A DNA stretch of 64,000 nucleotides from Pelagomonas calceolata (lineage: Eukaryota). The notes under the pieces were generated by a model. The model saw nothing but the letters and a program-made list of their open reading frames with translations, made no database searches and was not told the origin of the DNA. The stretch covers positions 4,464,001-4,528,000 of the forward strand of contig CAKKNE010000001.1 of the NCBI GenBank assembly GCA_918797485.1, read 5' to 3'. The position numbers and the translations under genes are program-made. Positions 61,917 through 64,000 of this stretch are shown here, one piece after another. How positions within the stretch are numbered: position 1 is the first letter of the stretch; each line of letters starts with the position of its first letter.

Positions 61917-62413
61917 ATGGCCGTCACGCGCGGCAAAACGCGGGCAGCTAAGGCGAAGGGCGGCCTCGTGAAGCAGGCTATGACGCTCATCGCGCTCGCG
62001 TCGTCGGCGTTCATCCTGCTGCCCGCCGGCCGCGACATCGTCTCCTACAAGACGTCGATCCTACCGGGTGAAGCGGAGACGCGGCCGCTCATGACGATGG
62101 CGCACTCGTCGAGCCGGACGGGCATGTGGGGCATCTGGGGCCTCAACCACTGCTTCGTCGCGCTGCTCAAGGTCGCCGCGTTTGTCTCCGGCGTCCGTAC
62201 TTCTTCCCCGCGACGCCGTCGACACATTTCACGCGCAGGATCCTCGCCAAGGACAAGGAGCAGCTCAAGAAGCTCTGGGTCCTCACGGCCGCGACCACGG
62301 CGTACGTCGCCAAGTGGAATAGTGATGTGGCCGACTACGGCGGCGACCTCGGCGGCTTCGTCGTCGTCTGCGGCCTGCAGACGCTGTCGATCGGCTACCT
62401 CGCCTTCGCCTAG
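61917..62413 (+). CDS. Small multi-pass membrane protein, 2 exons, ~145 aa
   Basis: Exons 61917-62179 and 62239-62413; GT-AG intron 62180-62238 gives LKVAA-ILAKDKEQ; about 4 TM helices. Confidence 0.7.
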
Positions 62414-62497
62414 AGCGCTCCGCCACGCTAGGAGCACTAAGAACGAAGTAAAAGGACATTCCGTTACGCCCGCCAGCGCTCCAAGCTACGGCCCTCT

Positions 62498-63106
62498 CTA
62501 CACGATCGAGAAGGAGAGGTTCTCGAACTGCTGCGCGAGCGTCTCGCCGGTCTGGCCCTCGGCGAACATGGCGCCGGCGATGCCGAGCATCGCGAGCCGG
62601 CCGTTGGCGAGCTCGGCGTTGAGCTTCGTGGCCTTGGTCTCCGGGTCGTCGTTGTACGACGTGCCGAAGAAGCCGCAGCCGTAGTCGCCCGAGTAGTTGT
62701 TCGCGGGCCACCACGCGAGCTCGACGAGCGCGCAGAAGGCGAGGATCTGGGCGATGCCCGCCGCGGGGATGGAGAAGAAGCCGCCGAGGCCGTCCGGCAC
62801 GTCCGAGAACTTGAGGTCGGCCGACTTGGAGAGGTAGCCGGGGAACTCGATCTGCGCGTTGTGCACGAGCACGCCCGTGATCGCGACCATGGCGATGCGG
62901 CCGTGCTTGCGCTCGACGGCGCGGCGGCGGACGAACGCCTCCGGGCCGTCCTTGGCGACGAAGCCGAGCGGGTCGAGGAAGCCCGCCGGCGCCTGCACGC
63001 CGAGCGTCGACTCGTCGACGGCGCGGAGCGCCGTCGAGGCCGGCGCCGCCGCGGGCGCCTGGAAGGCCGCCGCCGACGAGAGGCAGAGGGCGATCGCGAG
63101 CTTCAT
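62498..63106 (-). CDS. Fucoxanthin-chlorophyll a/c binding protein (Lhcf-like)
   Basis: AAA-FQAP presequence, GFLDPLGF, RRRAVERKHGRIAM, KLNAELANGRLAMLGI. Confidence 0.97.
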   Translation of the reverse strand: MKLAIALCLSSAAAFQAPAAAPASTALRAVDESTLGVQAPAGFLDPLGFVAKDGPEAFVRRRAVERKHGRIAMVAITGVLVHNAQIEFPGYLSKSADLKFSDVPDGLGGFFSIPAAGIAQILAFCALVELAWWPANNYSGDYGCGFFGTSYNDDPETKATKLNAELANGRLAMLGIAGAMFAEGQTGETLAQQFENLSFSIV

Positions 63107-63651
63107 CTTTGAAATATTCTGCGAGGGGGGTTGGGTGGGCGCGCGCGCTCGTTGTGCAGCGGCGGCGGCGGTGTGTGTCGAGGTCTACCCGACGAGGTGG
63201 CCACCGGGCGCCTCGTCGGCACCGCCTTCCGCGGTAGCGGCTGAGCGACAGCAATGCGTGCTCGTGCCTTCGCTTTGTCCACGCCCAACAGCTGCCGCGT
63301 GCGAATGCTCGTGGGCACCCAGAACGGGTCAGCCGGACGCCGCGCCGCCGTATAAGGCCTTGCTACGCCAGCGATCCAACCTTGGCTTTACGAGCCGCAC
63401 GAGCGCCGCGGCGGCAAATCTTCTCGCGGTAGCTTCAGTAACCTCGCTCGTGAGTACAACGACCAGCGTGACGCTGCTTTTCACGTGAGTGTGGACGCGG
63501 TAGCTCGCAAATAGCACTATGAAGCCGAGGTATCAAGGCTTCGAGAGGCGAAGCAAAAAACCAATTTCACCTTCTCGAGCCCTCCAGGACGAGTCCGGTG
63601 GTCTGCAATATCGAGGAGGGCTCGAAAAGGGTTTTTGAAACCCGCACGTTG

Positions 63652-63671
63652 CTAGCGTCGTAAGATACTAG
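63652..63671 (+). promoter_or_regulatory. CTAG motif variant (12-nt spacer)
   Basis: gctagcgtcgtaagatactagc between divergent starts 63106 and 63820. Confidence 0.5.
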
Positions 63672-63819
63672 CGCCAAGCAAGCAAACTCGGTCCAGCGCG
63701 GTGCTGAGGGCGAGAGCGTGAGGAGAAGCGGCCATTTGTCTCTGCCTGACGCGCACACTCGGCTGCAGCGGACAAGAGCTGAAAGGATCGTTGCGAGACG
63801 CCAGCCGACGCACCGCACC

Positions 63820-64000
63820 ATGTCCCTAGCCCACTGCACCCTAGCCAAGGAGTGCGCCTTTTGTGTGGTGGCCCACGCCCTCTCGACGGAGAAGCAGGAG
63901 GTCATGGGCCTGCTGTTTGGGCGGTGGGACGGCCCGCAGGCGTTCATCGAGGAGGCGCATCCTCTCGCCAGGACGGACAGGCGTGCTGACCGCGTCGAGG
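63820..64000 (+). CDS. BRCC3: BRCC36-like JAMM/MPN deubiquitinase, 3'-truncated
   Basis: Translated manually (not in the ORF track): MSLAHCTLAKECAFCVVAHALSTEKQEVMGLLFG...LARTDRRADRVE. Confidence 0.85.
   Translation, partial: MSLAHCTLAKECAFCVVAHALSTEKQEVMGLLFGRWDGPQAFIEEAHPLARTDRRADRVE

Noticed and set aside
62180..62238. Intron as an introner copy
   Set aside because: No matching TSD (gtttgtct vs gatcctcg) and no clear 5' TIR; kept as an ordinary or very old intron.

Overview
Gene-dense, GC-rich eukaryotic nuclear DNA from a photosynthetic stramenopile. Fucoxanthin-chlorophyll LHC genes, bipartite plastid-targeting presequences, a nuclear smpB and TIR/8-bp-TSD introner introns point to a pelagophyte (Pelagomonas/Aureococcus-like); this assignment is inference. 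There are about 40 mostly intron-poor genes. Nine of the ten clear introns are copies of one non-autonomous DNA-transposon 'introner' family (TIR CTGTGTGGAAATCAA...TTGATTTCCACACAG, 8-bp TSD). The copies form an age series from perfect ~200-bp elements to ~60-bp relics, and one is hidden in frame inside an apparently intact ORF. Other highlights: (1) a quasi-palindromic CTAG-N14-CTAG element (GCTAGCGGCCTGTAAGACACTAGCA) recurring about 10 times, almost all in promoter-side intergenic regions; (2) a candidate bicistronic locus (TAG-A-ATG); (3) a C2-C2-coiled-coil-tyrosinase-PG-binding-matrixin fusion with a myristoylation-like N-terminus; (4) a WWE-PH-RING-EF-hand-Ubl protein; (5) a group of bacterial-type nucleic-acid proteins, mostly organelle-targeted (RecB/Cas4-like nuclease with SAP domain, DEDD exonuclease, SmpB); (6) several gene fragments. 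All domain calls are from motif recognition by eye, not database searches.
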